The translations under genes were made by a program, and so were the position numbers. A stretch of 64,000 nucleotides of DNA from Azolla caroliniana (taxonomy: Eukaryota; Plantae; Polypodiophyta), in assembly GCA_043228905.1 (NCBI GenBank), contig JBHGNT010000009.1, forward strand, positions 11,594,001-11,658,000, given 5' to 3'. The notes beneath the pieces were generated by a model. The model searched no databases. It saw nothing but the letters and a program-made list of their open reading frames with translations, and had not been told where the DNA came from. Positions 28,518 to 40,447 of the stretch are shown here, piece by piece. The first letter of the stretch is position 1. Every line of letters begins with the position of its first letter.

Positions 28518-28890
28518 ATTGTATGTACTTGAATGTGTATATGGATGTTTGAATATTTATGTATATAGGTTTTTATGCACAGATATGAATGGTGAGTAGG
28601 TATATTTATGAATTGTATGTACTTGAATGTGTATATGGATGTTTGAATATTTATGTATATAGGTTTTTATGTGCAGATATGAATGGTGAGTAGGTATATT
28701 TATGGATTGTATGTACTTGAATATGTGTATATGGATGTTTGTATATTTATGTATATAGGTTTTTATGCGCAGATACTAATTGTGCATATGTGGTGGGTGT
28801 ATATATAAGTATTGTATGACCTTACTTGAATATGTGTATATGGATGTTTGTATATTTATGTATATAGGTTTTTATGTGCATATACTATGG
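28518..28890. repeat. Minisatellite, about 4 units of 94-105 bp
   Basis: Unit ATTGTATGTACTTGAATGTGTATATGGATGTTTG(A/T)ATATTTATGTATATAGGTTTTTATG... recurs near 28518, 28612, 28706 and 28811. Confidence 0.85.
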
Positions 28891-31559
28891 TTTGTGTGTG
28901 ATATTTCCTTATATATATATGTTAGAACGTGTATGTTTGTATATGCTTATGTGATTGAGTATCTATATCTTTGTGTGTATGCTACTTGGAGATGTATTGG
29001 TAAGTGGGGGTTATTTGGAAAAGGTAGATATTTCCCTTTTATTTGTTGATAAGGATCCTAGGTGATGTAAACATGTGAAAGGAAGGTTGGGGATAGCCAA
29101 TGGGCACGTGGCCTATGCAATGAATGGATGTGTGGGTGATCGAACTTGATGATATTTTGTTGCGAACCCCACAAGATTCTCTAGACGTTTTTTTGTTGAG
29201 TATGAATTCGAATGTCTCCCTCATAAATTTACACAATTTTGCTTGCAAATATGGGCTTTGAGAGCCAATTTTGATATGTTAGTTTTGCAATGATTCTTGT
29301 TTGATAGTGAACCACACAGTTTCAATCAAGATTCTCCAAACACATAATTAAAGATAGTAAAGTTACAAATCCTCAAAGTAAATCTGAGACGAATGTATCA
29401 CAATACAATTAGAGGTAAAAGCCTTAATCCCGTTCCATGGGGCGGTTAGAGTAGAATAACAATAAATGATATGGAAAGGTGATAATGGAGATTAGGGTCT
29501 TGACCTTTTTCATTGTCAATCTTGATTGCCCTCTTGATTCATGATCTTGAGTTGAACGAAATTTTGGTATCACTTTTGCCTTGAGCTAAAAAACTTGCCC
29601 ACTTTGCATTGAGCTCTCCTTTCATAGGTTTCATGAGGCCTCTCACGAGAAATAGTAAGTGTCTTTGAGACTTCACCTTTGCAAAAGTGAATTCATCCCA
29701 TTAATTCTACCGTGTTCCTCAATGCACATTTTAAATCATTATTTTGCCCCAACCATCCATTACAAGTTGCGACTCTTACACCTTATCCTCTAAGAGTTAG
29801 ATCTAACAGATTGAGCTATATCTTTTTGTTGTTTTAAATCTAATCCCCTCATGTCCTTCCTAGTTATGTATTTGACCCACTAAACTTGCTTTTCTTCCAC
29901 TATGAATATCAGGTGTCAACATCCATTCTCACTAAACGTGCGCATACTCTAGTATGTGCCATAAAGAGAACTTTTCACCATTGTATCTATCACATAATCT
30001 TTATTCATAACCTATATACTTATACGATATCAATCTATATAAAACCAAAGCAAATGGTTGCTCATTCATTTTCTTCCAAATCCACTATGACCATTACGTC
30101 CATTGTAGTCATGTAGACCATCCAATCCACCAAATTCTCTTTGTATATTTGTAATACCTCGAATCCTCGTCTTGCTCTCTATGATCTTTTTCCCGAGCAT
30201 AACCCATCATAGGTCGGTATACACTCAGAGCTATTAAAGGCAAGCTGCATGCAAGCATACATCCCAAGAAAGCAAGAAATAGGTCGGGTCAAACACATGG
30301 CACGGTATGGCTCTAAGAATCTTGGACAAACGATTTTCCCACGCCACGCAACAAATGGCAAATTATAGAAACAATCCAGTCATTTCTTGCACAGAAGAAG
30401 CAAAACGAGCAGAGAGATGCCCACACAGTCTTCAAGCAACTCAAGCATCTAAGCCGCCCACACAGAAGTTGCAACCTTCACCATGACAATCAAGGTATCC
30501 CCAGGACTACGCCAATGGCTACATGACCACGACCTCGACGGTTACATTAGGATCGCAGAAGCGCCGTAGCATTTGAACGCTTAAGAGGTAGGTATGCAAA
30601 TCAACGGATTCCCTCACCAATGCCCTAATCCGGAGGAAAATAGGATTAAAGCCCATAGGGGAGAGACAGTTCTATGTCCCACAGACCAACGTCCTAGAGT
30701 AGTACTTCGGGAAATACTCGACCACAGACAAAGCTTATAGAACACAATTTGGCCCTGATATCTTCTTCAGAGATGTCGCCAAGTTCCTCTTAGAAGTCGC
30801 TTGTGTCCACCCCAAGTCGTTGTCGTGAAGTATGAAATCTTTACATTAAAAGTCTACAATAAGATAAATACGTTGTCGTGAGAAAAACTGGCTACAAGAT
30901 GAAACGAGGACTTGGGCGTGTGCATGGTTGTGTGCATGGATACATGTCCATTGTATTTAAACTTGTACATAATCTAAGACTAGGCTAGGTCGGCGTGATT
31001 GGAGAACTTTAATATAGGCGAGTTAAATACGTAGTCTAGTCAAACGAATCTTTGTCCGAACCGGTAGAGAATAAAGTATGATGTAATTACGTGATGTGAT
31101 GGCCCTCCCTCCTTGATTTATAAAAGGGGGAAGAGTAGGATGAAATGGGGATCGCGCGTTGAGGGGGAGAAGGAAGTGTTGTCCGACTGGGAACCGAGCA
31201 TCCGCCCTCTGCCTTCCGCTTCGTTTTGTTAGCATGGATGCCTCTGGTCACATAGGAAACCCATGTGCTCCCGACAGAGGTTGCCTGTTGTATCTTGGTG
31301 TGTGAGTGTGTGTGTTGTTCGCTGAGTTCGTAGCTTAGCCCCGGTTGAACTGGTTGTAATTTCATCGTCACCTAATCAATTGTTGGCTTCTGTTTGTCGA
31401 TCGTCTAGTGTGTTGTCTCAATCATGGCCGAGCGGTTGTACCCCATACACCTTGATACCACATGCCTTACGCACCCCTCCATCTCTCCTAACTCTCTCGT
31501 TCTTCTTAAGCCCTTTGGTCCAAGGCCTCACACATGTACGTGGAATATCGCGACATCTT

Positions 31560-31577
31560 TGGTGAACCCGACGTGAA
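31560..31577 (+). promoter_or_regulatory. Primer-binding site complementary to the tRNA-Trp 3' end
   Basis: TGGTGAACCCGACGTGAA is the reverse complement of ...TTCACGTCGGGTTCA-CCA, the plant cytosolic tRNA-Trp 3' end as recalled. It starts 4 nt after the LTR end. Confidence 0.8.
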
Positions 31578-32027
31578 AAGGTGGCAAAGGAATCTGAAGG
31601 ATGAGGGGAAGCGAGCTTGCTGAAGCCATGGCGGTAGCCGTTGATCGGTTAGTGAGCGCTCATGAGGGCACGGGTGCCCTTGACATGGCCATCGAAGCAA
31701 TCATCGACATGATAGGCCGTGGACGAAAAAATGCGACGAGCTATCTGGAGGCCTACCGGGCCGAAAAGATAGCGAGGGACATCTGGAAGATAGACGATTG
31801 TCCGGATTCCCTCGGGTGGTGACACCAAGCATCCACTCGGAGGTGCTCGAGGTGTAGGCTGATTGCCGAACTTGGGAGGAGTTTGAGGGATGGCTCCTCG
31901 AGAGGTACGGGTTCGACGACTCACTCCGCCTGTCGAAGCAGGAGTTCATGGAATGGGTCGAAAGCCCCAAAAGGGGGAGGAACACGTCGGTGCTCCTCTA
32001 GGAGTTCGAGAAACGGTTTGCTCGGCT

Positions 32028-35000
32028 ACTGCCCAGTGTTCTCTACCTGGATTACTCATATATCGGCTTACTGCTCCTACACCAAATGCTATGTCTGGTC
32101 TCGTACAGACCATAGCATACATTAGACTACCGACGACCGATGCATATGGTACCTTCCTCATCTCGGCCTTCTCCTTTTGTCCCTTCGGACATTGCTTCAC
32201 ATTTAATCTCAAGTTTGTCAGCAACACAGAGCCGGCCGGCTTTGCATCTGACATGTTGAACCTCTCTAGGATCTTCGTCACATACTTCTGCTGTGACAAC
32301 CATAGCACCTTCCGAGCCCTGTCTCGGGTTATGTGCATTCCTAGGATTTGCTTTGCCGGTCCAAGGTCTTTCATGGCAAATGATTTGCCGAGAGCTTTCT
32401 TCAAGCTTCCAATCTTCATTGCATCTTGATCGACTATCAACATGTCATCAACGTATAACAAGAGAATCAAGAAATCTCCTTCCTCGTACCTTTTGACGAA
32501 CACACAGTGATCGGCCTATGTTTTTTGGAACTGATGTTCCATCATGAAGGACTCGAATTTCTTGTACCATTGGCGTGGAGCTTGTTTCAGTCCGTACAAG
32601 CTTTTCCTCAATCGACACACTAGATTCTCTTTCCCTCTCTCCTCAAAGCCTTCGGGTTGCTGCATGTAGATTTCTTCTTCTAGCTCCCCGTGCAGAAATG
32701 CGGTTTTGACATCCAACTGTTCGATCTCCAGATCCATGCTGGTCGCTATGCTCAGAACAGTTCGAATCGATGTCATCTTCACAACTGGTGCGAATATCTC
32801 ATCAAAGTCGACGCCCTTCCTTTGTTGGAACCCCTTCACCACTATGTGGGTTTTATACCTGGGCTCGCTGTCGACTTCTCCAGTGTTCACCTTGTAGACC
32901 CATTTATTCATGAGTGCTCTCTTACCTTTCGGCAACTGTACTAGGTCGTAGGTGTAATTCGCGTGCAAGGATTCCATCTCCTGTTGCATCGCGTTCAACC
33001 ATTTTTCTCTGCTCTCGTCGGCAATGGCTTCTTCATAGCATTTCGGTTCACCATCATCAGTCAAGAGAATGTATTGATTGGCATATGTAATCGGTGCCTT
33101 CCTTTCTCTGAGTGGGCACCTTCGTCCACTCGTTGTTGGCTCTCTTCTAGATGTCTCTGCCAACTCTTCTCTTTGCTCGGGATTCTGCTCATCAATCGGC
33201 ATCTCTAGGTTGGACAGCTCCAACTCATATTCCTCAATTGATTTTAGCAGGTCTGTGAACTCTAACTCAAAGTCTGTCCCTCTTTCCGAGTCGACCGACT
33301 CGGATTCGGCTCTATCGGCTAGCTGTCTCCTTACGACTGTCAGTGACGACTCACTTGGCCTTAAGTCGATGGTAGTCGAGGTTGACTGGGGAGTCGGTTC
33401 CGACTTCTGTTGCTTCCAGTTTTCAATTGTCTTGTCTTCTAGAAAGTCTACATCCTAACTTCTCACTGCCTTCTTGTCGACTAAGTACCACAACCTGTAG
33501 CCGAACTCATCTTCCAAGTATCCCATGAATATGCATGCTTTCGACTTGCTGTCGAGCTTTGACCTCTAATCCTTTGGTACATGCATATACGCCAAGCATC
33601 CAAACACCCTCAGGTGTTGGTAGGAGACATCCTTCCCTGTCCACACCCTCTGTGGGACATCACCCTTTAGAGGTACTGAGGGAGACATGTTGATCAGATA
33701 AACAGATGTGTACATCGCCTCAGCCCAATAGGATTTCGACAGTTTTGCATGAGAGAGCATGCTCCTCACTCTCTCCATGATCGTTCGATTCATCCTCTCT
33801 ATAAGCCCGTTCAACTCTGGGGTCTTTGGTATTGTGTATTCGATCCGAATACCTTGGCACTTGCAGTATTCTTCGAACTGCCCTTTGTATTCGCCACTGT
33901 TGTCGGTTCGGACAACCTTCAGTTTCCGACTCGACTCTCTTTCGGTTCTTGCCTAGAACTCCTTGAAAACTAACAATACTTGATGGAGCATCCACATAGC
34001 ACACATCCGTGTGCACTAGTTCCAGTGCAACTTCTCTTCTCCTCGGTGGTCTGGAGTGGAATGCCGTCCTGTTCTGCTTTCTGGCTAAGCAATCGACACA
34101 CTTCTCCAGGTGTACTCCCTTGACTTTTGGTAGAAGTTTCTGGTTGGCTAACAGGTGCATTCCCTTCTCACTCATGTGGCCTAGCCTCTTATGCCAAATA
34201 TCCCTTGCCGAGTCGGCTGCCATGTTTACTTCCGATTTGCACAATCGGGCATGCATCATGTACAATGTGCCTTCTTTCTATGCTCGGGCCACTATGAGAT
34301 TTCCTTGGCAGAACTTCCACTTGCCATTCCGAAAGCTACCACTATAGCCTTCGTCATCAAGCCTTCCAGTCGATATCAGATTCAATCTGATATCGGGGAC
34401 GTATCGAACATCCTTCAACGTCAGTCGACACCCCGTCGACATCGTTAAGCACACACTTCCGACTCCAGTTATCTTGCACTCTCCACTATCACCCATCTTT
34501 ACATAGCCATGATCCCCGACTATGTAAGTCGAGAAGTACTCTCTCGACAGAGTAATGTGAAAGGATGCGCCGGAGTCGATCACCGAAGTGCACTCTTCGC
34601 TTGCAAGATTTGTACTTGTCTGTTCATAGATGAACAAAAGTTCCTCATTGCTTGTAGCAATGGCTGAAGTGTTCTTTTCATCCGGAATCTTCCGGGGTTC
34701 GACATTATTTCCGACAGACTTATCTTTCTTCATGTGTCGGCAGTCCTTCTCGAAGTGTCCAGGTTCTCCACAATAAAGGCACACAAGCTTACCTCTGGAC
34801 TTCGATCTGGCGTGGGATTTGTCCGTTTGCTGCAGACTTCTTTTTCGCCGGTCCCTTCCTTTGTCCATATGTTGAGTCAGATTCGACTCCGTTTGGGACA
34901 GGACTCCTTTGTCTTTCCTCCTTGCCTCCTCATTTAGGATGCTTGTCTTCATCGTCTGTAAAGACAAGTTCTCTTATTGACAGGAAGTGCTAAGAGTAAT

Positions 35001-36174
35001 CACCAAGTTCTCCCATCTTTCCGGTAGTGTGCACATAAGCAAGATGGCCTACATTGCGTCATCCAGGGGAAACTTGGTCGCTGCAAGTTGATTCACATAC
35101 CCCATGAATGTGCTGATGTGTTTGACGATGCTCTCACTGTCTCTGTATTTCAGCCGTACGATTTTTCTCATTAGCGAGGTTCTGTTTAGTGCATTCTTCC
35201 TCTCGTACAGACCTGACAGCTTCTGCCACATCTTGTGGGCATTAGTGTCATTCGCCACATGCTGAAGGACACTTACATCGACACATTGTCGGATTGTGGC
35301 CACCGCCTTCCTATTCAGAAGCTTCTAGTCCGACTCCAATACCCCCCTGGGTATTTCTGCTCTGTCGACTGGCTCGTACAAGTCTTTTACTATGAGAAGG
35401 TCTTCCATCTTTATCTTCCAGTCTGCATAGTTCTGAGAGTTGAGAACTATCATTCCTGGGAAACCGTTCACACCTCCTTCCATGCTTGCACCTCAAGCTT
35501 TGATACCAGTTTGTCGAGAAATCGATGCAGAATAGATCACAATAAATGAACTACGCGCTGAAATACGATTTGCAAAAAATGGCAGAAAAGACAAGATGAA
35601 CAATGGTGCACAGAGATTTACGTGGAAACCCTAAAACGGGGAAAAACCACGGGTGAATAGATTCTTCACGATACAAAGTGGATATACAACACCGGGAGGA
35701 ATACAACACTCTATCGAGTGTATCAGCCGCACAGGGCTCTTCCCGTCTGCTGTTACTCACATAGCCATGGCGCGGCTCACATTCACTCTCTCTCTCTCTC
35801 TCTCTCGTTATCCTGCACACTACATAATTTCTGTTCTTACACTGTTACACACGGTTAAAGTTTGTCCTAGTTACATATATACGTACGCAACTTTTCTGGC
35901 TATTTACATACGTAGCCCTCATGGGGCGCACACATAGACTATTTACAAATATAGTCTCCTGTCTATTTACACGATTCCGGTTTTGGCCTTGGCCTATCGG
36001 CCTCGACCGAGTCCCTCATCAACTCGGTTCCTTGACAGTCGGCTTTCCGGACAGTTGGATCTTCCTCCCAGTGGAGGGACAGCCTCAGCCGAGTCCCTCA
36101 TCAATTCGACTCCTCGATTGTCGGCTTTCCTGACGGTCGGATCTTCCTCCCACTGGAGGGACATATTCCCAACA
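32028..36174 (-). mobile_element. Ty1/Copia element (Tnt1/Tork-like), 3'-truncated
   Basis: 5' LTR 35512-36174. PBS TGGTATCAAAGC at 35497-35508 (-). gag ATG 35483, CCHC knuckle CLYCGEPGHFEKDC, PR IDSGASFH, IN, RT QLDVKTAFLHG / YGLKQAPRQW / LYVDDML. Breaks off after TRPDIAFGVG; no RNase H or 3' LTR. Confidence 0.9.
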
Positions 36175-37050
36175 AGACCATGGATCCGAAATCAACCTGA
36201 TGTCCATGGACTTCTACAAAAAGGGGAAATGGCCTATCAACACTAGGCATGGGTGGAAGATACGCGCGGCTACATGTGCTACTGAGGAACTACACGGAGC
36301 GTGCCCGGATGTACGCGTAAAGATTGGGGATGTCGAGATAGACCAACACTTTTTCGTGCAAGAGACGTCTCCTCACCCGATAATTCTTGGTGAGCCGTAC
36401 ATTACGGCAGCCCGTATGGAGACCAAAGTGTTGGACAACGGTTCGGCATACGCGCGGGTAAAGAGTCAGGACGAACGTCATTCCCTTCAGTTTTTGACCG
36501 TATGACCGAACCCCGAGCATTACCACGAGTCTCTCGGCAACGACGACCGAGAGTATTTTTAGAGGGGGCTTTCAAGGCATTGGACCGCGATAGTCCAGAC
36601 ATCCCGGAGAAACCCCACACATGTACCATAGGTAGGAAGTTTCGATTCTCTGGCAGCGGTGGTTGTACGATAACCAGTGTTAGCAGCCGGGAAAAGAAGC
36701 AGGTCGAGGAGCGTTTTAGGGCATGCGGTGCCCTTAGCTCCGATGATGAGATTAGCGGCGTCGTGGAGGCGGTCTCATTTGATGACACCCTTGGAGAGAT
36801 CGGGAAGGTGGTCAAGGAAGTCTTAAGCGAAGACTGGGTGATTCCGGTCAATTCCATGGAAATGTATGAGGTCATTGCGGACTTTAGGGAGGAAGTTGGG
36901 TTGGATCGGATGGCCCGCGTAGACACTAGGTATAAGACTGTGGACCGGAAGGTGATGCCAATCACGTCTCCCTTGCCAGAGGGCAGCGAGGAGCGAACGA
37001 AAGGGGTCGCGTCAGACCCAAGTTTGCGGAATCCGGGCAACATAGGGCAC

Positions 37051-40000
37051 TGTTGTACGTTTTAGGGTTAGGGTTAAGGACGACGACGATGATGAATGAC
37101 AACTATGATGATAGGTAATGAAGATAGACATGGTGATGGAGAGTATGATGGTGAGAGAGATCATATAGAGAAGCATTGCGGGGTGGGGGGTGGTGCCTAG
37201 AATGGCTCCACCCCCCTCCCAAGGGGGTTCAACGTGAGAGAGGGAGAGAGAAGAGAAAAGGTGTCAAAGAGAGAGAGATTAGAGAGAAATGTTTTTATCA
37301 TTCATTCCCCATAAGGGGGTTAAATAGTACAAGAGGGGGTAGATACAAAGGGGTGTAAGCCCCCTAGAGCATTCATAATGGACACTCACTCATACCTCCT
37401 CGTATCCATCCACATGCACACACGTGTGCATGTGTTCACATATGTATCGACTCACAATTACATTTATGCCCCCTACACATACACAACAACATTATGATAA
37501 CATTCGACCCTCGCTCATCACACTTGACTCTCCGTACATCTCGTACGAGGTAACACAATATGGCACGCCCGTGGGAAAGTGCCTTGCACGTCGATCCCAC
37601 ATGCCTTGATGATGATATTTCTTTGACCGGAACTTCCATCGGTCCTTTCAACGATTGACTCCCTCGATCGGAATGCTTGACTCGAACACATTTGTCGGTC
37701 AGCAAATCTTCCACGACACGAACATTCTCGTTCTGTCGACTTACGAACTTCGTAAAATCATTTGGGTCGTCAAAAATATGTTATATGTATGTGTGTTCTT
37801 CCTTTGTTTTGAGTTGTGTGCGGTCGATCACGTCCATTTCTTTAGGTGGATGAGTTTTCAAAATTTTGTATGTGCCCTTTGATTTTTAAATTTTAAATTT
37901 TTAAATTTTTAAATTTTTTTTTTTCAATGCCATCATGTTTTTCGAAATTCTTCGAATGCCCTCAAGTTTTCAAAACTCCTCAAATGCCCCTTATCGTTCT
38001 CTTTTTCCCTCTTTTTTTCCATTTTTGTCTTTTTCTCTTTCCTCATTTCTTCTTTGTTCTTTTCTATTTTGACAGCTCTTTGTTTTCTGTTTGTTTCCTT
38101 CTCTATTCATCAACGACTACATGTCACCTTCCTGTTCTTCTTCTTCTTCTTCTTCTTTTCTGATTCTGCTTCATCTTTCTCTTCTTTTTATCTTCATCCT
38201 CTTTTCTCGTTTTTCTTCCTTGTTTCCCCACCGGTATGTCCATTGTCCGTGGCTGCCACTCTCTGTTTTTGTCTGTGTCTGTCCGACCTTCTCTGTTCAT
38301 CTCCGCCTCAGTATTTGGCTGTCTCAGTCTTTGTTTTTGTTTTTTGTTTCCGTCCCCGGCTCTGTTGTCGTCGGTGTCCTTGCCATCGGTGTCCTTCGAT
38401 GTTCGGATGTGGCTGCCTGAACGTCGTTTTCTGTTGCTGTTATGCATCATTTGGTGTCGTTGCTGTCTATGTCAACCCTGTTTCCGTTTTTGCCGGTTCG
38501 TCATAGTCCAACCTCGTCCATCGCTTGGCCGCTCTGCACACTCTTTGGCCGCTACTCTTTAGCCACTCTTTGACTGTTGTGTAGGGTTTCGGGTTGCCGT
38601 CCACTGCCACTTTCCGGCCTCTACCGTATAGCGTCGTCGTCGTCCGGCCATTTGTCCAGCATTCTGGCCGCTCTCCAACCATTGTTTGGCCGCCATACCG
38701 GTCGCTCGCTCTTCGGCCAGTACTTCATCCACCATGCTTCAGCCGCTCTCCGTACGGTGGCCATCTGGCCGTCGTTCCCTCTGTCGGTTTCGTCGCCGTC
38801 CGACACTGTCCGTCATCCTGGCGGCCTGTTTGCTTCCCTGACCTTGTCCGGCCCTCCGGCCGCTCCGGCTGCTGTCAGTTGGTGATGACCGTTCCTGAAG
38901 CCTCTCTCATCTTCGTCAGCCCTGTCCGGCCGGTCTGCAGTCGCGTGGCCGGTCTGGCCGGTCTGTTCAGTCGTCATCCGGTTGTCAGCCGTTGATATCT
39001 GACGATTGTCTCTCCGTCCGTCGCTTTTCGGCGTCACTGTTGCTGTTTCGGCTCTGTCTACTCTGACGGCCGCCCGGCCATTACGGCCGCTTCGGTGCCA
39101 ACCAACTCTTGTTCTGGTTCCAACTTTTTCCGCGTTGCTTCTCTGGGAACTGGAAACTGTGAACACGTCCCATTCCGGTCCCGCACATCTTGCTGGCCCA
39201 CACTCCACACATTGCGTCTTACTCCGTAGTCTCCTTGGAACACATGGTTGGCTTCCCATGTCTGTTCAAAGGCGTTCACATGAGCTTCCGCGTTCGGATC
39301 ATCTCTATACTTGGAGTACTGGAACGGCATGTCGTCGTCCGGTATCAGTGCGCGGGCTGGTAGTGTTGGTGCTCGTTCCGGAATTTTCTCCGGTGTCGGT
39401 GGTCTTTTCCGATTTGATTCCGGTGTCGGTTGTTTCTCTTCCTTTGGTGACGGAGGCCTCTCCTCTTCGACTTCCGGTGTCGGAGGTCGTTCTTCTTCAC
39501 CTGGTTCCGGGGGTTCCAGCGTTAGCACTTCCGGTTCCGGTTCCGGTGTTGGTAAGGTATCCGATCCTTCGTCCTCCGGTCCGCCCGAGGTTTCATTACT
39601 GCTACGGTAGTTCGTGTGCACGTTGTATTCCCCTTCGGAGTCCGATTCATATGCTGAAAAGGCCTCTGCTTCGCCATCTCCGTTTGCCAACGCGTGGAGA
39701 AGGGATTCGGTTTCCCGGAGGCTGCTTAGGCTGCTGCCATCGTCCGGGTGTGATGTTTGCTGTAACCAGAGGCAGTCCTCCGCTACTCTCCGGATTACGT
39801 TGGAAAACGAGCGATCCGCTCTAATTTCCTGCGCCGCTTGCTGGAAAGCCTCGCGTCTCCTTTGCCTTTCGGCAAGGCGTCGAGTTCGATCTGTAACCAG
39901 GTCGTGCGTTGATCTAGACATCCCATCGTGGTCGCCAAAAGGTGTTGTACGTTTTAGGGTTAGGGTTAAGGATGACGACGATGATGGATGACAACTATGA

Positions 40001-40447
40001 TGATAGGTAATGAAGATAGACATGGTGATGGAGAGTATGATGGTGAGAGAGATCATATAGAGAAGCATTGCGGGGTGGGGGGTGGTGCCTAGAATGGCTC
40101 CACCCCCCTCCCAAGGGGGTTCAACGTGAGAGAGGGAGAGAGAAGAGAAAAGGTGTCAAAGAGAGAGAGATTAGAGAGAAATGTTTTTATCATTCATTCC
40201 CCATAAGGGGGTTAAATAGTACAAGAGGGGGTAGATACAAAGGGGTGTAAGCCCCCTAGAGCACTCATAATGGACACTCACTCATACCTCCTCGTATCCA
40301 TCCACATGCACACACGTGTGCATGTGTTCACATATGTATCGACTCACAATTACATTTATGCCCCCTCCACATACACAACAACATTATGATAACATTCGAC
40401 CCTCGCTCATCACACTTGACTCTCCGTACATCTCATACGAGGTAACA
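37051..40447 (-). mobile_element. Young non-autonomous LTR retrotransposon (3.4 kb) with a gag-like ORF and a PBS beside each LTR
   Basis: 505-bp LTRs 37051-37555 and 39943-40447 (about 5 mismatches seen). TG...CA ends with perfect TSD GGCAC. Splits the host Gypsy pol. No RT or IN. Confidence 0.92.
39058..39921 (-). CDS. Gag-like protein remnant (287 aa, Pro/Glu-rich linker)
   Basis: ATG directly follows the minus-strand PBS. FQYSKYRDDPNAEAHVNAFEQTWEANH resembles the start of a retrotransposon capsid domain. The C-terminus looks truncated or frameshifted. Confidence 0.55.
   Translation of the reverse strand: MSRSTHDLVTDRTRRLAERQRRREAFQQAAQEIRADRSFSNVIRRVAEDCLWLQQTSHPDDGSSLSSLRETESLLHALANGDGEAEAFSAYESDSEGEYNVHTNYRSSNETSGGPEDEGSDTLPTPEPEPEVLTLEPPEPGEEERPPTPEVEEERPPSPKEEKQPTPESNRKRPPTPEKIPERAPTLPARALIPDDDMPFQYSKYRDDPNAEAHVNAFEQTWEANHVFQGDYGVRRNVWSVGQQDVRDRNGTCSQFPVPREATRKKLEPEQELVGTEAAVMAGRPSE

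Noticed and set aside
28518-28890. CRISPR-like array
   Set aside because: Eukaryotic context. The units are tandem minisatellite copies with no unique spacers and no cas genes.
29755-29825. A-box-like TAGCTCAATCTG on the minus strand (possible SINE relic)
   Set aside because: No convincing B box, tail or TSD.
30300-30820. Coding-like GC-richer stretch before the Gypsy LTR
   Set aside because: No sustained ORF or motif recognised. Probably a decayed TE.
37900-39050. Many overlapping ORFs on both strands (for example 38054, 38124, 38594, 38813)
   Set aside because: Low-complexity pyrimidine-rich or GC-rich sequence with few stop codons and no recognisable domain.
39006-39991. Plus-strand ORFs 39006, 39311 and 39614
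   Set aside because: Antisense shadows of the gag-like ORF.
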